From: Leptolyngbyaceae cyanobacterium
Lineage (GTDB): Bacteria > Cyanobacteriota > Cyanobacteriia > Phormidesmidales > Phormidesmidaceae
DNA: 64,000 nucleotides
Reading direction: 5' to 3'
NCBI GenBank assembly: GCA_965263355.1
Contig: CBDHHL010000048.1
Span: 1-64,000 of the forward strand
Below the pieces are notes generated by a model. That model ran no database searches. It worked only from the letters and a program-made list of their open reading frames with translations, and was not told the DNA's origin. Positions 37,896-48,449 of the stretch are shown one piece after another. The first letter of the stretch is position 1, and every line of letters begins with the position of its first letter. Made by a program: the position numbers and the translations under genes.

Positions 37896-39311
37896 TTGAC
37901 TAATTTGTCTGATTTACCATCAGAGTCATCCCTAGATAACCTGGCAGAACTTGACCAAATTGCGGTGGAAGTTCACTACAAGCAAGCCCAAGCCAGCCTG
38001 AAACAGGTCATTGACGGTTTAGATTTAACTCCCCGAGAACGTGAGGGGCTACAGCCCGAAATTGATAGCCTACTTGGGTTACAAAAAAAGCTAGCCCAGG
38101 GAAAACTGCACCTAGCCGTTTTTGGCATGGTCGGTCGAGGTAAATCATCACTCCTCAATGCCCTTATTGGACAACCCATTTTTACTGCAGGGCCACTCCA
38201 TGGAGTCACACAGAATGTAGCGAGTGTAGACTGGCAAGTCGTCCAGAACCATGGCTCCATTCAAAGGGTATCCTGCCAGAATAAAACGGCAGCTCCCATA
38301 GAACTCATTGACACACCAGGTATTGATGAGGTTGGTGGTGAACAACGCCAGTACTTAGCCAAGCGTGTAGCCCAGCAAAGCGATTTAATTTTATTTGTGG
38401 TTTCAACTGATCTTACGCAAGTAGAATACGATGCCTTAGACTGGCTACGACATGCTGGCAAACCAATTTTACTAGTTTTCAATAAAGCGGATCAGTACTC
38501 GACCGCAGAGCAAACACTATTACTGGAAAAAATACAGCAAAGAGTTATCCCACTTAGTATTTTGCCAGAGGATATTGTTATGGCCGCCGCCGCCCCTTTA
38601 AGTACCACAGTTGTACAGGCACCCGACGGCAAGAGACAGCATCGACGCATCCGAGGCACACCAAATATTCAAGCTCTCAAATTAAAAATACTAGATGTTT
38701 TAGAACGGGAGGGAAAAGCATTGATTGCCCTCAATACCCTTCTATACACGGACGATATACAAACTAAACTCGTTACCCGTAAACTTGAAATTCGCCAGCG
38801 CCGTGCTGATGATTTGATCTGGCAAACAGCTCTGGCCAAAGCAGTGGCAGTTGCGGTCAACCCTCTTTTACTAGCTGATGTTCTGAGCGGAGTGACAGTG
38901 GATTTAGGGCTAGTAATTGGCCTTTCAAAGCTATATGGCCTGCCAATGACTCAGCAAGAATCCCTAAAACTGTTACAGACAATTGCGATCGCAACCGGTA
39001 GTTTATCCATTAGCGAATTACTGATCACCTTAGGTCTAAGTTCTTTGAAAAGCATTTTAGGGGCTGCTGGCCTGGCAACAGGTGGCCTGAGCTTGGCTCC
39101 CTATTTTTCAGTGGCACTCACCCAGGCCATCGTAGCTGGTTTCGCCACCTATGCCATCGGTCAAGTTACACGCACCTATTTGATTAACGGAGCCAATTGG
39201 GGAAATGAGGGACCTAAGGCAGCTATTGCTAATATTGTCAATGATTTGGATGAGGCTTCTATCATGGCTCGCCTAAAGCGTGAATTAAACCAAAAACTCC
39301 ATCGGGGTTAG
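37896..39311 (+). CDS. Era-like GTPase with DUF697 C-terminus
   Basis: G1 GMVGRGKSS, G3 DTPG, G4 NKAD; hydrophobic C-terminal region. Confidence 0.85.
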   Translation: MTNLSDLPSESSLDNLAELDQIAVEVHYKQAQASLKQVIDGLDLTPREREGLQPEIDSLLGLQKKLAQGKLHLAVFGMVGRGKSSLLNALIGQPIFTAGPLHGVTQNVASVDWQVVQNHGSIQRVSCQNKTAAPIELIDTPGIDEVGGEQRQYLAKRVAQQSDLILFVVSTDLTQVEYDALDWLRHAGKPILLVFNKADQYSTAEQTLLLEKIQQRVIPLSILPEDIVMAAAAPLSTTVVQAPDGKRQHRRIRGTPNIQALKLKILDVLEREGKALIALNTLLYTDDIQTKLVTRKLEIRQRRADDLIWQTALAKAVAVAVNPLLLADVLSGVTVDLGLVIGLSKLYGLPMTQQESLKLLQTIAIATGSLSISELLITLGLSSLKSILGAAGLATGGLSLAPYFSVALTQAIVAGFATYAIGQVTRTYLINGANWGNEGPKAAIANIVNDLDEASIMARLKRELNQKLHRG

Positions 39312-39481
39312 CACTGATACAATTTAGGGCTTTAGCAATGCGGCAATGTTTACAGCTAACCACTCACGTCAAAAACACTCTTCATCACTTAGTTTTAGAA
39401 AACTACATGTTTCTACAGGCTTACTTGAGCTGATGCTTCTCTATCGCTAAACTATATCGGTCAATTGATTAGCCATTGCCC

Positions 39482-40204
39482 ATGCATCGGTTTACTGTCG
39501 AAGTAATTTCCCAAACCCCCAATCCTCAGCAGACTATTTACGCTGCTATGCACCAAGACTATGCTGAAGGATTTGTTTGGAACGAGCGGCAAGACTGGCC
39601 CTCGGAAGAGAAATGCGGTGAGCTAATCATTCGTAATCTGCTTAAAGGTGGGCGAGGTCATTATGGCCCTTTAGAACATCCACAAATTGTATTGAACTGC
39701 GGATGGTTACCTCATTCAACCATGCAGCAGATTCGCACCCATCGGGTAGGTGTGTCGTTTGACGTTCAATCTTTTCGCTACACAGGCTCCCGAATTTTAG
39801 ATGTTGTCACTGGCAAACGGTCTGTGGAAGAGGTCTTTTATCTTCGACCTGTCGGAGACTATAACGATCGACAAGGCAAAAAGTATACTTACACGGAAGA
39901 CCTACGACAGCAAGATATCAACTGGTGTTTAGAGGCATGCGATCGCTACAAAACGCGAATCGGTCAAGGTTTTTCTGAAGAGCATGCGCGGGGACTCATT
40001 CCTTTCGATGTAAGACAACACTGGGTAATGTCAGCTAATGCACGCTCCTTAATGCATCTCTTAGATCTTCGCTGGAAAGCTGATGCGCAATTGGAAGCTC
40101 AAAAGCTCTGTGAAATAATCTGGCCCCATTTTCAAGGGTGGGTACCTGCGCTTTCAAACTGGTACGAAACCACCCGCCTCAAAAAAGCCCGTCTTGCACC
40201 CTAG
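39482..40204 (+). CDS. thyX: FAD-dependent thymidylate synthase
   Basis: GHYGPLEH, RTHRVGVSFDVQSFRY, E.ARG, NARSL and AQLE. Confidence 0.92.
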   Translation: MHRFTVEVISQTPNPQQTIYAAMHQDYAEGFVWNERQDWPSEEKCGELIIRNLLKGGRGHYGPLEHPQIVLNCGWLPHSTMQQIRTHRVGVSFDVQSFRYTGSRILDVVTGKRSVEEVFYLRPVGDYNDRQGKKYTYTEDLRQQDINWCLEACDRYKTRIGQGFSEEHARGLIPFDVRQHWVMSANARSLMHLLDLRWKADAQLEAQKLCEIIWPHFQGWVPALSNWYETTRLKKARLAP

Positions 40205-40376
40205 ATACATTTCTAATCTTTCAAGTTCACTTTTCGATTCATTAACTTGAATGTACTAGTTCTCAACTTTTATAACCCAACCTAAGGAAGCCTTTCAATA
40301 CCTTGCATACAAATGCAATTTTCAACCATACCCAATAAACTTAGATTGCTGAAATAGGCCTAATGGATGATGGCAT

Positions 40377-40760
40377 ATGGGCAGCTCTAACGGTTACATA
40401 CTATTTCTGAGACAACACCATGGAACAGATCCCATGGTCCAGTCGCTTTCTAACCAGATTGAGGGCTCTCTTTTTGTGGCCCATTCAGTGGATCAGGCAG
40501 TTGCTCGCATTGAACAAAGCATCCCTTACCTAGTCATTCTCTCAGGTACCCACCAAAACTGGTCGCAAGCCTTTGTAAATCGCCTAAGAGAAACCGTCAA
40601 ACCTCTAGGGACAACTATCGTAGCGCTTACTCAGTCCCATGAACCCAATTGGCAGCTCCAGGAAGAACATCCAGGAATTGATGGTTTCCTTGTCGAACCC
40701 ATTAGTAATGATGTCTTAAATCTCCTAGTTGAATCAGCTGTTGCTAAAGCTGTCCTCTAG
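40377..40760 (+). CDS. Receiver-like (pseudo-REC) small protein
   Basis: REC-like pattern (PYLVILS...IVALT...IDGFLVEP) without the canonical Asp and Lys. Confidence 0.55.
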   Translation: MGSSNGYILFLRQHHGTDPMVQSLSNQIEGSLFVAHSVDQAVARIEQSIPYLVILSGTHQNWSQAFVNRLRETVKPLGTTIVALTQSHEPNWQLQEEHPGIDGFLVEPISNDVLNLLVESAVAKAVL

Positions 40761-40870
40761 CTTATGTTAATTCAACCCAACATCGCAGTTTTTACAGATC
40801 ACTGGCAGGATTTAGCAGATTAGTTTTTTTGAGTACCAACTTAAAGCAGGAAGTTTTCCCAAGGATAGAT

Positions 40871-40936
40871 GTCAGAAGTCAGGAACCAGAAGCCATATCC
40901 CTTATCCATTCTGGCTCCTGGATTCTAGATTCCTAG
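40871..40936. repeat. Inverted degenerate heptamer (STRR-like) array
   Basis: cagaagt caggaac cagaagc ... ttctggc tcctgga ttctaga ttcctag. Confidence 0.55.
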
Positions 40937-41077
40937 TTAACCAGAATTTGCCGGCTTGAGTGGATACCCGTTTTTTTCAAACACAGGAAGTCCAGCAGGT
41001 TCTATACCAAGATTTGATAGTAGGCTTACAGCAGCGGTTATTTCTATATCCTTAATTATTCCTATGTCCTTAAATTT

Positions 41078-41329
41078 GTGACATCCAAATCGTTCAAATC
41101 TCAGCGCATCCACCAGTTCAAGTTTTGGCTAGATCAAGACTTGCAAGATGGTATGAAATATCAATATGCTCTTTTTCAGCGGATTCAGACTCTGGACAAC
41201 GGCAAGCGCAGTCAGATTTATCAGCAAGCCAGTGAACTGGCTAAGAATGGGGCAGATATATTAGTGACTTACGAAGCAAAAACTTGTCACCTCTGGCTCA
41301 ACCTCAAACATAAGTCACCAGGCAAATGA
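41078..41329 (+). CDS. Small hypothetical protein
   Basis: 83-aa ORF with plausible composition (FKFW...GM.Y...LW). Confidence 0.5.
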   Translation: MTSKSFKSQRIHQFKFWLDQDLQDGMKYQYALFQRIQTLDNGKRSQIYQQASELAKNGADILVTYEAKTCHLWLNLKHKSPGK

Positions 41330-41917
41330 ACTTAATAAGCTGCGAGCACAGTAGAGAGACTAAACTGCATTTTTTGCAGTCACTCTTTGCTAACACAGCA
41401 AACGTTGAGTATAACACATAAAACCTTTATATTTTATTTGGTTTTTGATAGACAATATTAATGTGTACATTGATACCATTCTTTAAGCCTTGGAATATAA
41501 GGGTTTAAGCATAGGTAGTGTTTACAGAAAGCTAGGAATTTATGACAACTTGCCAAAATTCCTCTGGGCGTTTTACTGAAAAGCGTGTTACTACTGTAGA
41601 AACACGGATAATCTTCGTAATTGGTTCAACGTTTTTACATTGGTGGTGAAATTTCGAGCTTTGCACACTATGGAGTTTTTATTCAAAGTGTTGGCGAATG
41701 TGTACCGTTGTAAGCAATGGACTTACTTATTGCGTTGCCTGTTTATCCTAGTCAGACAAGTTTTTCACTAATTAATAGGCTTGATGGTATTCATACGGCT
41801 GTCTTAACACCGTTGATTGTTGAGCATTTTCGGTATGGGCCCATTAGGATTTTGTGATTTACTGTCCTGATATCTTGATCTGTTTCATTTTCGTTTAGGG
41901 AATACGAGGAAAGCGGC

Positions 41918-43042
41918 ATGACCCAAGCAAATACCGTCCTTGAGGACTTGAGGCCCAGAAATGAGCTGGATTCGTTAATCGATCCTGAGGCTGGGAAACC
42001 TTTTTCAAGTTCCGAGGAAGAGATCCAGGGTACTAAAGCTGCTAAAGGTGCATCTCGACGTCGTAATTCATCATCAGCTCAGTCAAAGAAAAAGCACTAT
42101 ACTGAGGATTCTATCCGGCTTTATCTTCAGGAAATTGGGCGTATCCGTCTACTCAGAGCAGAGGAAGAAATTGAACTAGCTCGGAAAATTGCTGATTTAC
42201 TTGAGCTTGAGCGGATTCGAGATGATTTATCGGATGGTATGGATCACGAACCTGACGATGCTGATTGGGCGGCAGCTGTTGATATGCCCTTACCAGCATT
42301 CCGTCGACGACTTCACCTAGGGCGACGTGCTAAGGACAAGATGGTACAGTCAAACTTACGTTTGGTAGTTTCCATCGCTAAAAAATATATGAATCGTGGT
42401 CTATCTTTCCAGGATCTAATTCAGGAAGGTAGCTTGGGTTTAATTCGTGCTGCTGAAAAGTTTGACCATGAAAAAGGTTATAAGTTTTCAACTTACGCAA
42501 CATGGTGGATTCGTCAAGCAATTACGCGAGCAATTGCTGACCAATCCCGCACTATTCGTCTACCTGTCCACCTTTACGAGACTATCTCACGCATCAAAAA
42601 GACTACAAAACTTTTGTCTCAAGAGTTAGGGCGCAAACCAACTGAGGAAGAGATTGCGACCCGGATGGAAATGACTATTGAGAAGCTACGGTTTATCGCT
42701 AAATCTGCTCAGTTGCCTATTTCCTTAGAAACTCCCATTGGCAAGGAAGAGGACTCTCGTCTAGGTGACTTTATTGAGTCCGACGGTGAAACCCCTGAAG
42801 ATGAAGTTTCAAAAAGCCTGTTACGTGAAGACTTGGAAGGTGTCCTGAGTACCCTCAGCCCTCGTGAACGTGATGTTTTGAGATTACGCTATGGTTTAGA
42901 TGATGGTCGCATGAAAACATTGGAAGAAATTGGTCAGATTTTCAATGTTACTCGTGAACGGATTCGCCAAATTGAGGCGAAGGCGCTTCGGAAGTTGCGT
43001 CATCCTAATCGAAATAGTGTTCTCAAAGAATATATTCGCTAA
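41918..43042 (+). CDS. rpoD: Group 1 RNA polymerase sigma factor SigA/RpoD
   Basis: [39 protein letters not shown] and [19 protein letters not shown]. Confidence 0.97.
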   Translation: MTQANTVLEDLRPRNELDSLIDPEAGKPFSSSEEEIQGTKAAKGASRRRNSSSAQSKKKHYTEDSIRLYLQEIGRIRLLRAEEEIELARKIADLLELERIRDDLSDGMDHEPDDADWAAAVDMPLPAFRRRLHLGRRAKDKMVQSNLRLVVSIAKKYMNRGLSFQDLIQEGSLGLIRAAEKFDHEKGYKFSTYATWWIRQAITRAIADQSRTIRLPVHLYETISRIKKTTKLLSQELGRKPTEEEIATRMEMTIEKLRFIAKSAQLPISLETPIGKEEDSRLGDFIESDGETPEDEVSKSLLREDLEGVLSTLSPRERDVLRLRYGLDDGRMKTLEEIGQIFNVTRERIRQIEAKALRKLRHPNRNSVLKEYIR

Positions 43043-43096
43043 TCTCAAAAGACTCAAAGTTAAAAACAAGTTGAGTTGTTGAAAATTAATCTATTC

Positions 43097-43132
43097 GGGG
43101 TTGAAGTGATTACTTCAACCCCACTATTTTTT
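43097..43132 (+). terminator. Intrinsic terminator of rpoD
   Basis: GGGGTTGAAGT-gatt-ACTTCAACCCC followed by a T tract. Confidence 0.85.
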
Positions 43133-43237
43133 CAAGGAAATTTAAGAGTTATATCAGCTGCAATCACACTGCCGAGCAGATTCAAATTTGCTTGAGACAT
43201 TGTTACATAACCAGATGGACAAAACTGCCATTTTGTT

Positions 43238-43271
43238 GGTACTGTTGTTCTTGTAGGGGTACGTCTGTTCC
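43238..43271. promoter_or_regulatory. Two tandem cyanobacterial LexA boxes (autoregulation)
   Basis: GGTACTGTTGTTCT (43238) and GGTACGTCTGTTCC (43258), both matching RGTACNNNDGTWCB, just upstream of lexA. Confidence 0.85.
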
Positions 43272-43296
43272 CTTGTGTTTGTCCATTGAGTAATAT

Positions 43297-43902
43297 ATGG
43301 AACCTCTTACTAATGCTCAAGAGGAGCTTTATAACTGGTTAGCTGATTATATTCGTGAACATCAGCACTCTCCTTCTATTCGCCAAATGATGAGGGCTAT
43401 GGGATTAAAGTCTCCAGCCCCTATTCAAAGCCGTCTCGACCACCTTAGAAAAAAGGGTTACATTGATTGGAATGAAGGCAAAGCTCGAACAATTCGTATT
43501 TTGCAGGGCAGTGGAGTTCCTATCAAGGGAACGATTGCTGCAGGTTCAATGGTTGAAGCGTTCGCAGACGTAGCTGAAGAACATCTTGATTTATCTTCAC
43601 TACCCATTAAATCCTACGATTATGCTTTACGCGTTCGGGGAGATAGCATGGTCGATGCCCTGATTGATAATGGGGATTTTGTGATCATGCGGCCTGTTAA
43701 GGATCTTAGCAGTGTAAAGGATGGAACGATTGTGGCCGCTCGTGTAGAAAGTGCGACCACTTTGAAGTATCTATATCGTCAAGGTAATGATGTGGTATTA
43801 AAACCTGCTAATCCTAGCTATGAGCCCATGGTATATCCAGCTCAAGACGTTGATATTCAAGGTCGTCTTCTGGCTGTCTGGCGCAGTCAAGACTTGATTT
43901 AA
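43297..43902 (+). CDS. lexA: SOS repressor LexA
   Basis: N-terminal wHTH (PSIRQM...SPAPIQ...L.KKGYI), Ala-Gly site (IAAG), Ser (GDSM) and Lys (TLK). Confidence 0.95.
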   Translation: MEPLTNAQEELYNWLADYIREHQHSPSIRQMMRAMGLKSPAPIQSRLDHLRKKGYIDWNEGKARTIRILQGSGVPIKGTIAAGSMVEAFADVAEEHLDLSSLPIKSYDYALRVRGDSMVDALIDNGDFVIMRPVKDLSSVKDGTIVAARVESATTLKYLYRQGNDVVLKPANPSYEPMVYPAQDVDIQGRLLAVWRSQDLI

Positions 43903-44076
43903 GCACAGTCTATTAAGGCTCTTGATTAACATAGCTAGCTGGCTAGCCAAAAAACTTCTCAGTAGCTTGGAGCCACTAAAACCCGCTAAGAATTAAGGCA
44001 CTTTACTCGTGTTATTTCTTTTCAATGCCTTTGCTTTAATTAAACTAGAGGCAAAAATGAGCAATAAAAGCTACTT

Positions 44077-45717
44077 ATGATGAATTTGTCAGGGGGCTCT
44101 GGTCGACGTTGGCAATTGATGATTATCGTAATCCCACTTCTGCTAATTAGCTTCAGTATTAACAGCTGTGGGCAGCTATTACCAACCTCAAGACAACTAC
44201 ATCGTCCCTTCAATAATAACCTTCTAGCGTATATCCCTAAGCAGGCATTAATAGCAGGCATACTTGATACAGCAGTCATAAAAGATAAGGTTTGGTCGCG
44301 ATCCAACCTTCATCAATCTGCATTAAAGTCTATAAACTCATGGTTAACCTTGCTTAATCTTGATTTCAATCAAGATATCCGACCCTTGTTGGGTCAAAAT
44401 ATCGCTTTTGCGATTACCACTAAAGATATTGATCGAGATCGAAGCAATGGACGTCAGAACGGATATCTCTTAGCCATTGACACGGCTGATGTAGAACAGT
44501 TGCGTGAGCTTTTAGAACTTTTTTGGCAACGACAAACCGTTGCTGGCACTCAGCCTTTCTTAACCGAGGTTAGTGGCGTACCCATTATTGCTGGTTCGAT
44601 TGCTTCAGAGCAGCGTCGGTTGGCAACTGCCGTTGTAGGTGCAAGCACTTTGCTAGTCGCCAATGACGTCAAAGTTTTGCGACAAAGTTTACGAGTTGCC
44701 CAGATCCCAGCTCTTCAGTTAAACAAGCAGGATTGTTGTACCTCCCTATGGCTGAATTTAAATATTCCAGAATTTATTGATTGGTTAGGGCTAGCATCAC
44801 CTAATCATATACGCTTCATGCCTACCCCTCAATGGCAACAATTGCATGCCGCCATTGAGGCTTATTCCCAGAGGTTAGTGATCAACACGCAATTAAATAG
44901 GTTGAATCGCCAGCCCATTGGCCTATCGGCAACTACTGCTTTAAAGAGTTTAAATACACCATCACCCAAAAGTATGGGGGATAGCCCTCAACGATACTTG
45001 CCTACAGACCTAGCATGGGTTGCAATAGGAGAGAATTTAATCCCTCTATGGACAGGAATATCAGATGAACTCGCTCAATATGAGCAATTACCGTCTCCGC
45101 TTCAACAATGGCAGCAATGGTACTCAACAAAACTAACTCAAACATTATCAGAGCCTCTCGTACAGCTTTTAAGCAGCCACTATGCCATTGGCCAATTATC
45201 AGACGGCAACTGGCTCATGGCTTTGGAAAATAGGTATCCAACAGCGATTAGTCAATTAGACAGCATGGCCAAGCAGCAAGGATTAACGATTAGTCAGTTA
45301 TCGTTTGCAGAGCAAACTGCAACCGCCTGGAGTCGCCTCAAGACTAAATTAGACACTCGTAATCGAGAAACTACAGTTGAAACTGATCTAATCCTATTGC
45401 ACACTAAAGTCGGCAATTACAATATCTTTTCCACATCCCTTGCGGGGTTGACGTCTGCTCTAGAGACATCCAGTCATACTCTGTTAGATACTCAACGATT
45501 TCAGCGCACTGTGCAACCAATGAATACGCCTAATCAAGGATATATGTATGGAACTTGGTATGAGATTGAACGTCTTTTAGCTAGTACTCGTTGGTTTTCC
45601 TTACTGAAACCCATTTTACAACCATGGTTGCAGTCCATTGATGCGATCGCAATTACTGGCTACGAACAAACAGTTAATCAATTGACCGGAACCATCTCAA
45701 TTCTCTTGAAGAAGTAA
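44077..45717 (+). CDS. DUF3352-like exported/lipoprotein
   Basis: Signal peptide with lipobox-like INSC; LDFNQDIRPLLGQNIAFAITT.D.DRD..NG.Q.GYLL. Confidence 0.7.
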   Translation: MMNLSGGSGRRWQLMIIVIPLLLISFSINSCGQLLPTSRQLHRPFNNNLLAYIPKQALIAGILDTAVIKDKVWSRSNLHQSALKSINSWLTLLNLDFNQDIRPLLGQNIAFAITTKDIDRDRSNGRQNGYLLAIDTADVEQLRELLELFWQRQTVAGTQPFLTEVSGVPIIAGSIASEQRRLATAVVGASTLLVANDVKVLRQSLRVAQIPALQLNKQDCCTSLWLNLNIPEFIDWLGLASPNHIRFMPTPQWQQLHAAIEAYSQRLVINTQLNRLNRQPIGLSATTALKSLNTPSPKSMGDSPQRYLPTDLAWVAIGENLIPLWTGISDELAQYEQLPSPLQQWQQWYSTKLTQTLSEPLVQLLSSHYAIGQLSDGNWLMALENRYPTAISQLDSMAKQQGLTISQLSFAEQTATAWSRLKTKLDTRNRETTVETDLILLHTKVGNYNIFSTSLAGLTSALETSSHTLLDTQRFQRTVQPMNTPNQGYMYGTWYEIERLLASTRWFSLLKPILQPWLQSIDAIAITGYEQTVNQLTGTISILLKK

Positions 45718-45718
45718 C

Positions 45719-45854
45719 TGTTCTAAGTTGCAGGTAAGCCACTCCAAAATGGGCAGCCTGACGTGTAGACGGGGACAAACAATACTCTCGTACCCTGAGT
45801 TCAACGGCTCCCACTGACGAACCTGGTAAGAGTAATAGTTTTGAACATCTGTAA
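45719..45854 (-). ncRNA. Candidate structured small RNA (unassigned family)
   Basis: Nested pairings TGTTC/GAACA, CAGGT/ACCTG, GGGAGCC/GGCTGCCC, GGGTAC/GTCCC. G-U pairs favour the minus strand. TATAGT -10-like hexamer on the minus strand at 45861-45866. Confidence 0.5.
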
Positions 45855-45884
45855 AGCTAAACTATAAGTTATTGATATTGAGCT

Positions 45885-46217
45885 ATGACAATCTCTATGG
45901 ACTTAGGTGTTCATGTAATTGAGCCCAGTGGTATTTTAGACGGTACCCAGGTCGCCACCTTTCGACAGCAGGTAGATGTTGCCCTGGAAAAAGCAGCTAA
46001 GGTACTGCTAATCGATCTTAAGGACATCACATTTGTAGATAGTTCAGGTTTGGGCGTTTTAGTTGCATGTTTAAAAAATGCACGTTCAGTTGGCTGTCAA
46101 ATGTATATTTGCTCCATCAACGATCAAATCCGCATGCTATTTGAGCTAACCAGCATGGATCGAGTATTTGAAATTTTCGATGATCGAGCAGCATTTGAAG
46201 CAGCTGTTCTCAAATAA
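45885..46217 (+). CDS. STAS-domain anti-sigma factor antagonist
   Basis: IDLKDITFVDSSGLG with conserved phospho-Ser. Confidence 0.92.
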   Translation: MTISMDLGVHVIEPSGILDGTQVATFRQQVDVALEKAAKVLLIDLKDITFVDSSGLGVLVACLKNARSVGCQMYICSINDQIRMLFELTSMDRVFEIFDDRAAFEAAVLK

Positions 46218-46245
46218 GCTATATACAGAATGCCATCACTTGATA

Positions 46246-46278
46246 ACAGTTTTCCTCTGGCATGCCAAGGGAAACTGT
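46246..46278 (+). terminator. Hairpin downstream of STAS gene
   Basis: ACAGTTTTCCtcTGGCATGCCAAGGGAAACTGT imperfect palindrome. Confidence 0.5.
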
Positions 46279-46371
46279 CTTGATTAATAGCAACAACAGT
46301 CGGAAATTCCCCATCGTTAGCTAGATTGAGTAGACTAATACATAGGCGTTCTTAAATCTAATACAAATCCT

Positions 46372-47055
46372 ATGGTGCTTTTTGGACTTGGTGGCTTAGG
46401 CAAAAAAGCCACAATGCCTGCTTCTGCAGAGGCATTACCAGGTCGTCTTGAGAAAATGCCTGTTCCTAAGCAGCATTACGTTAATGGCAATCCGTTGCAG
46501 GCCCCTTTCCCAGAAGGAATACAAATAGCGATGTTTGGTCTGGGCTGTTTTTGGGGAGCCGAGCGTTGCTTTTGGCAACAGGATGGCGTTTTTTCCACTG
46601 CTGTCGGCTACAGCGCTGGCTTCACACCAAACCCTACTTATCGGGAAGTATGTTCCGGCATGACCGGTCATAACGAAGTTGTAATGGTGATATTTGATCC
46701 CAACGTAATTAGCTACGAACAGCTACTCAAAGTCTTTTGGGAAAGTCATAATCCTACCCAGGGCATGCGTCAGGGGAATGATGTTGGAACCCAGTACCGT
46801 TCTGGAATCTACACCTACTCGCCTGAACAGAGGGCGACAGCTGAAAATTCATTGGCTATGTACCAAGAGGCCTTAAGCCAGTCAGGTTATGGCACCATTA
46901 CAACTGAAATCTTGGATGCGCCTGAATTTTATTATGCGGAAGATTACCATCAGCAATATCTAGCTAAGAATCCTGGCGGTTATTGTGGCCTTGGCGGTAC
47001 TAATGTTGACTGCCCCATTGGTGTTGGTATAGCACCTGATAGTTTAGATCAATAG
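46372..47055 (+). CDS. msrA: Peptide-methionine (S)-S-oxide reductase
   Basis: GCFWG active site, [12 protein letters not shown] and YHQQYL. Confidence 0.96.
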   Translation: MVLFGLGGLGKKATMPASAEALPGRLEKMPVPKQHYVNGNPLQAPFPEGIQIAMFGLGCFWGAERCFWQQDGVFSTAVGYSAGFTPNPTYREVCSGMTGHNEVVMVIFDPNVISYEQLLKVFWESHNPTQGMRQGNDVGTQYRSGIYTYSPEQRATAENSLAMYQEALSQSGYGTITTEILDAPEFYYAEDYHQQYLAKNPGGYCGLGGTNVDCPIGVGIAPDSLDQ

Positions 47056-47060
47056 ACTTC

Positions 47061-47109
47061 AAAAACAACTTACTATTGGTGGTGAGACTACCAATAGTAA
47101 GTTGTTTTT
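47061..47109. terminator. Bidirectional terminator
   Basis: Perfect 20-bp inverted repeat AAAAACAACTTACTATTGGT...ACCAATAGTAAGTTGTTTTT between convergent msrA and pheS. Confidence 0.85.
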
Positions 47110-47112
47110 AAA

Positions 47113-47341
47113 CAGGACTTGCGCAAACCAAAATAGCTAGAAATCTTTTAAAGTAAGGTTTACGAGCATTTTCTGACGATCATAGCGGCAAAATGTAGCC
47201 ATGTAACAAGTCTGTATCCCTACTTGGCAAAGCGGTTAAAACATTAGAAATGACTGCATTTGACGGCAATGCTTCTTGAAAAGTGGTCTCTATTCCATTT
47301 ACAGCAAGGCTTTCATGCATAAAATGCTTGCGCAAGCCTAG
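47113..47341. mobile_element. MITE-like non-autonomous element (~230 bp)
   Basis: Imperfect terminal inverted repeats CAGGACTTGCGCAA / TTGCGCAAGCCTAG; TTTAAA on both flanks; no ORF. Confidence 0.6.
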
Positions 47342-47385
47342 TTTAAAGGGCTCTGTTTATTGAAAAATAACCAAGAAAAATTCCC

Positions 47386-48378
47386 TTAAAACTGTTTTAG
47401 AAAGCGAAGATCACTTGCATATAGTCGTCGAATATCATCGATTTGACTTTGCACCATGGCTAAACGCTCCACACCTAAGCCAGCAGCAAAACCACTGTAA
47501 ACCTCTGGATCATAGCCAACCGCCTTCAGCACGTTTGGATCAATCATGCCGCAACCCAGAACTTCTAACCATCTACCCTTCCATTTCACATCCACTTCAG
47601 CTGAGGGCTCAGTAAATGGAAAGTAGCTAGGGCGCAACTGCACTTCTATATTCCCAAACAGCGCCTCTAAAAACAGCTGAATGGTACCTCGCAAATCAGC
47701 AAAGGTAATATTCTTATCCACAGCAAAGAATTCAATTTGGTGGAAAACTGCTGCGTGGGTAGCATCTACCGTATCGCGACGATAACAACGCCCCGTAGCC
47801 AATGCCCGCAAAGGTGGCTCATGGTTTTCCATGTAACGAATTTGGGTATTGGATGTATGGGTGCGCATCATCTTGCCATTAGGCAAGTAGAGAGTATCCT
47901 GCATATCGCGCGCAGGATGATCGGGCAAAAAGTTGAGCGCCTCAAAATTATAGTAGTCCTCTTCAATTTCAGGAGCACTAGCAACGGTATATCCCAGACC
48001 AACAAAAATATCAGTAATCTGATCAATAATGCTGTTAATGGGATGAACTCGTCCCTGAGGCAAATAAGTCCCCGGCATGGAGACATCTAGGGTTTCAGCC
48101 TCAAGCTGGGCTTGGATTTTGGCATCCTGCAAAGCAGCTTTACGCTGATCAATGCTAGTTTGCAGCGATATCTTAACCTGATTAGCCAAAGCGCCAATCC
48201 GGGGCCGATCTTCTGCAGACAATTTACCCATGCCACCTAAGATTTTAGAGAGCTTTCCTTTTTTACCCAGATAGCCCACCCGAAATTGATCGAGTTCATC
48301 TAGGCTGCTCAATGTGGCGATCTGCTTGCTGGCTTCTTCTTGCAATGTACTCAGTTGCTGCTCTAGGTCGGTGGTCAT
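47386..48378 (-). CDS. pheS: Phenylalanine-tRNA ligase alpha subunit
   Basis: [27 protein letters not shown] and GLGVERL. Confidence 0.97.
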   Translation of the reverse strand: MTTDLEQQLSTLQEEASKQIATLSSLDELDQFRVGYLGKKGKLSKILGGMGKLSAEDRPRIGALANQVKISLQTSIDQRKAALQDAKIQAQLEAETLDVSMPGTYLPQGRVHPINSIIDQITDIFVGLGYTVASAPEIEEDYYNFEALNFLPDHPARDMQDTLYLPNGKMMRTHTSNTQIRYMENHEPPLRALATGRCYRRDTVDATHAAVFHQIEFFAVDKNITFADLRGTIQLFLEALFGNIEVQLRPSYFPFTEPSAEVDVKWKGRWLEVLGCGMIDPNVLKAVGYDPEVYSGFAAGLGVERLAMVQSQIDDIRRLYASDLRFLKQF

Positions 48379-48449
48379 ACTGGCCAAACGGTTGAAACGG
48401 AAGGGGCACAAAAGACAATCTTTAGTCTACACCGAAGCTTTGATTACCT

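Noticed and set aside
45719..45854. Calling the structured region 6S RNA (ssrS/ssaA)
   Set aside because: Shorter than typical 6S and I could not match it to the cyanobacterial 6S sequence from memory; left unassigned pending an Rfam search.
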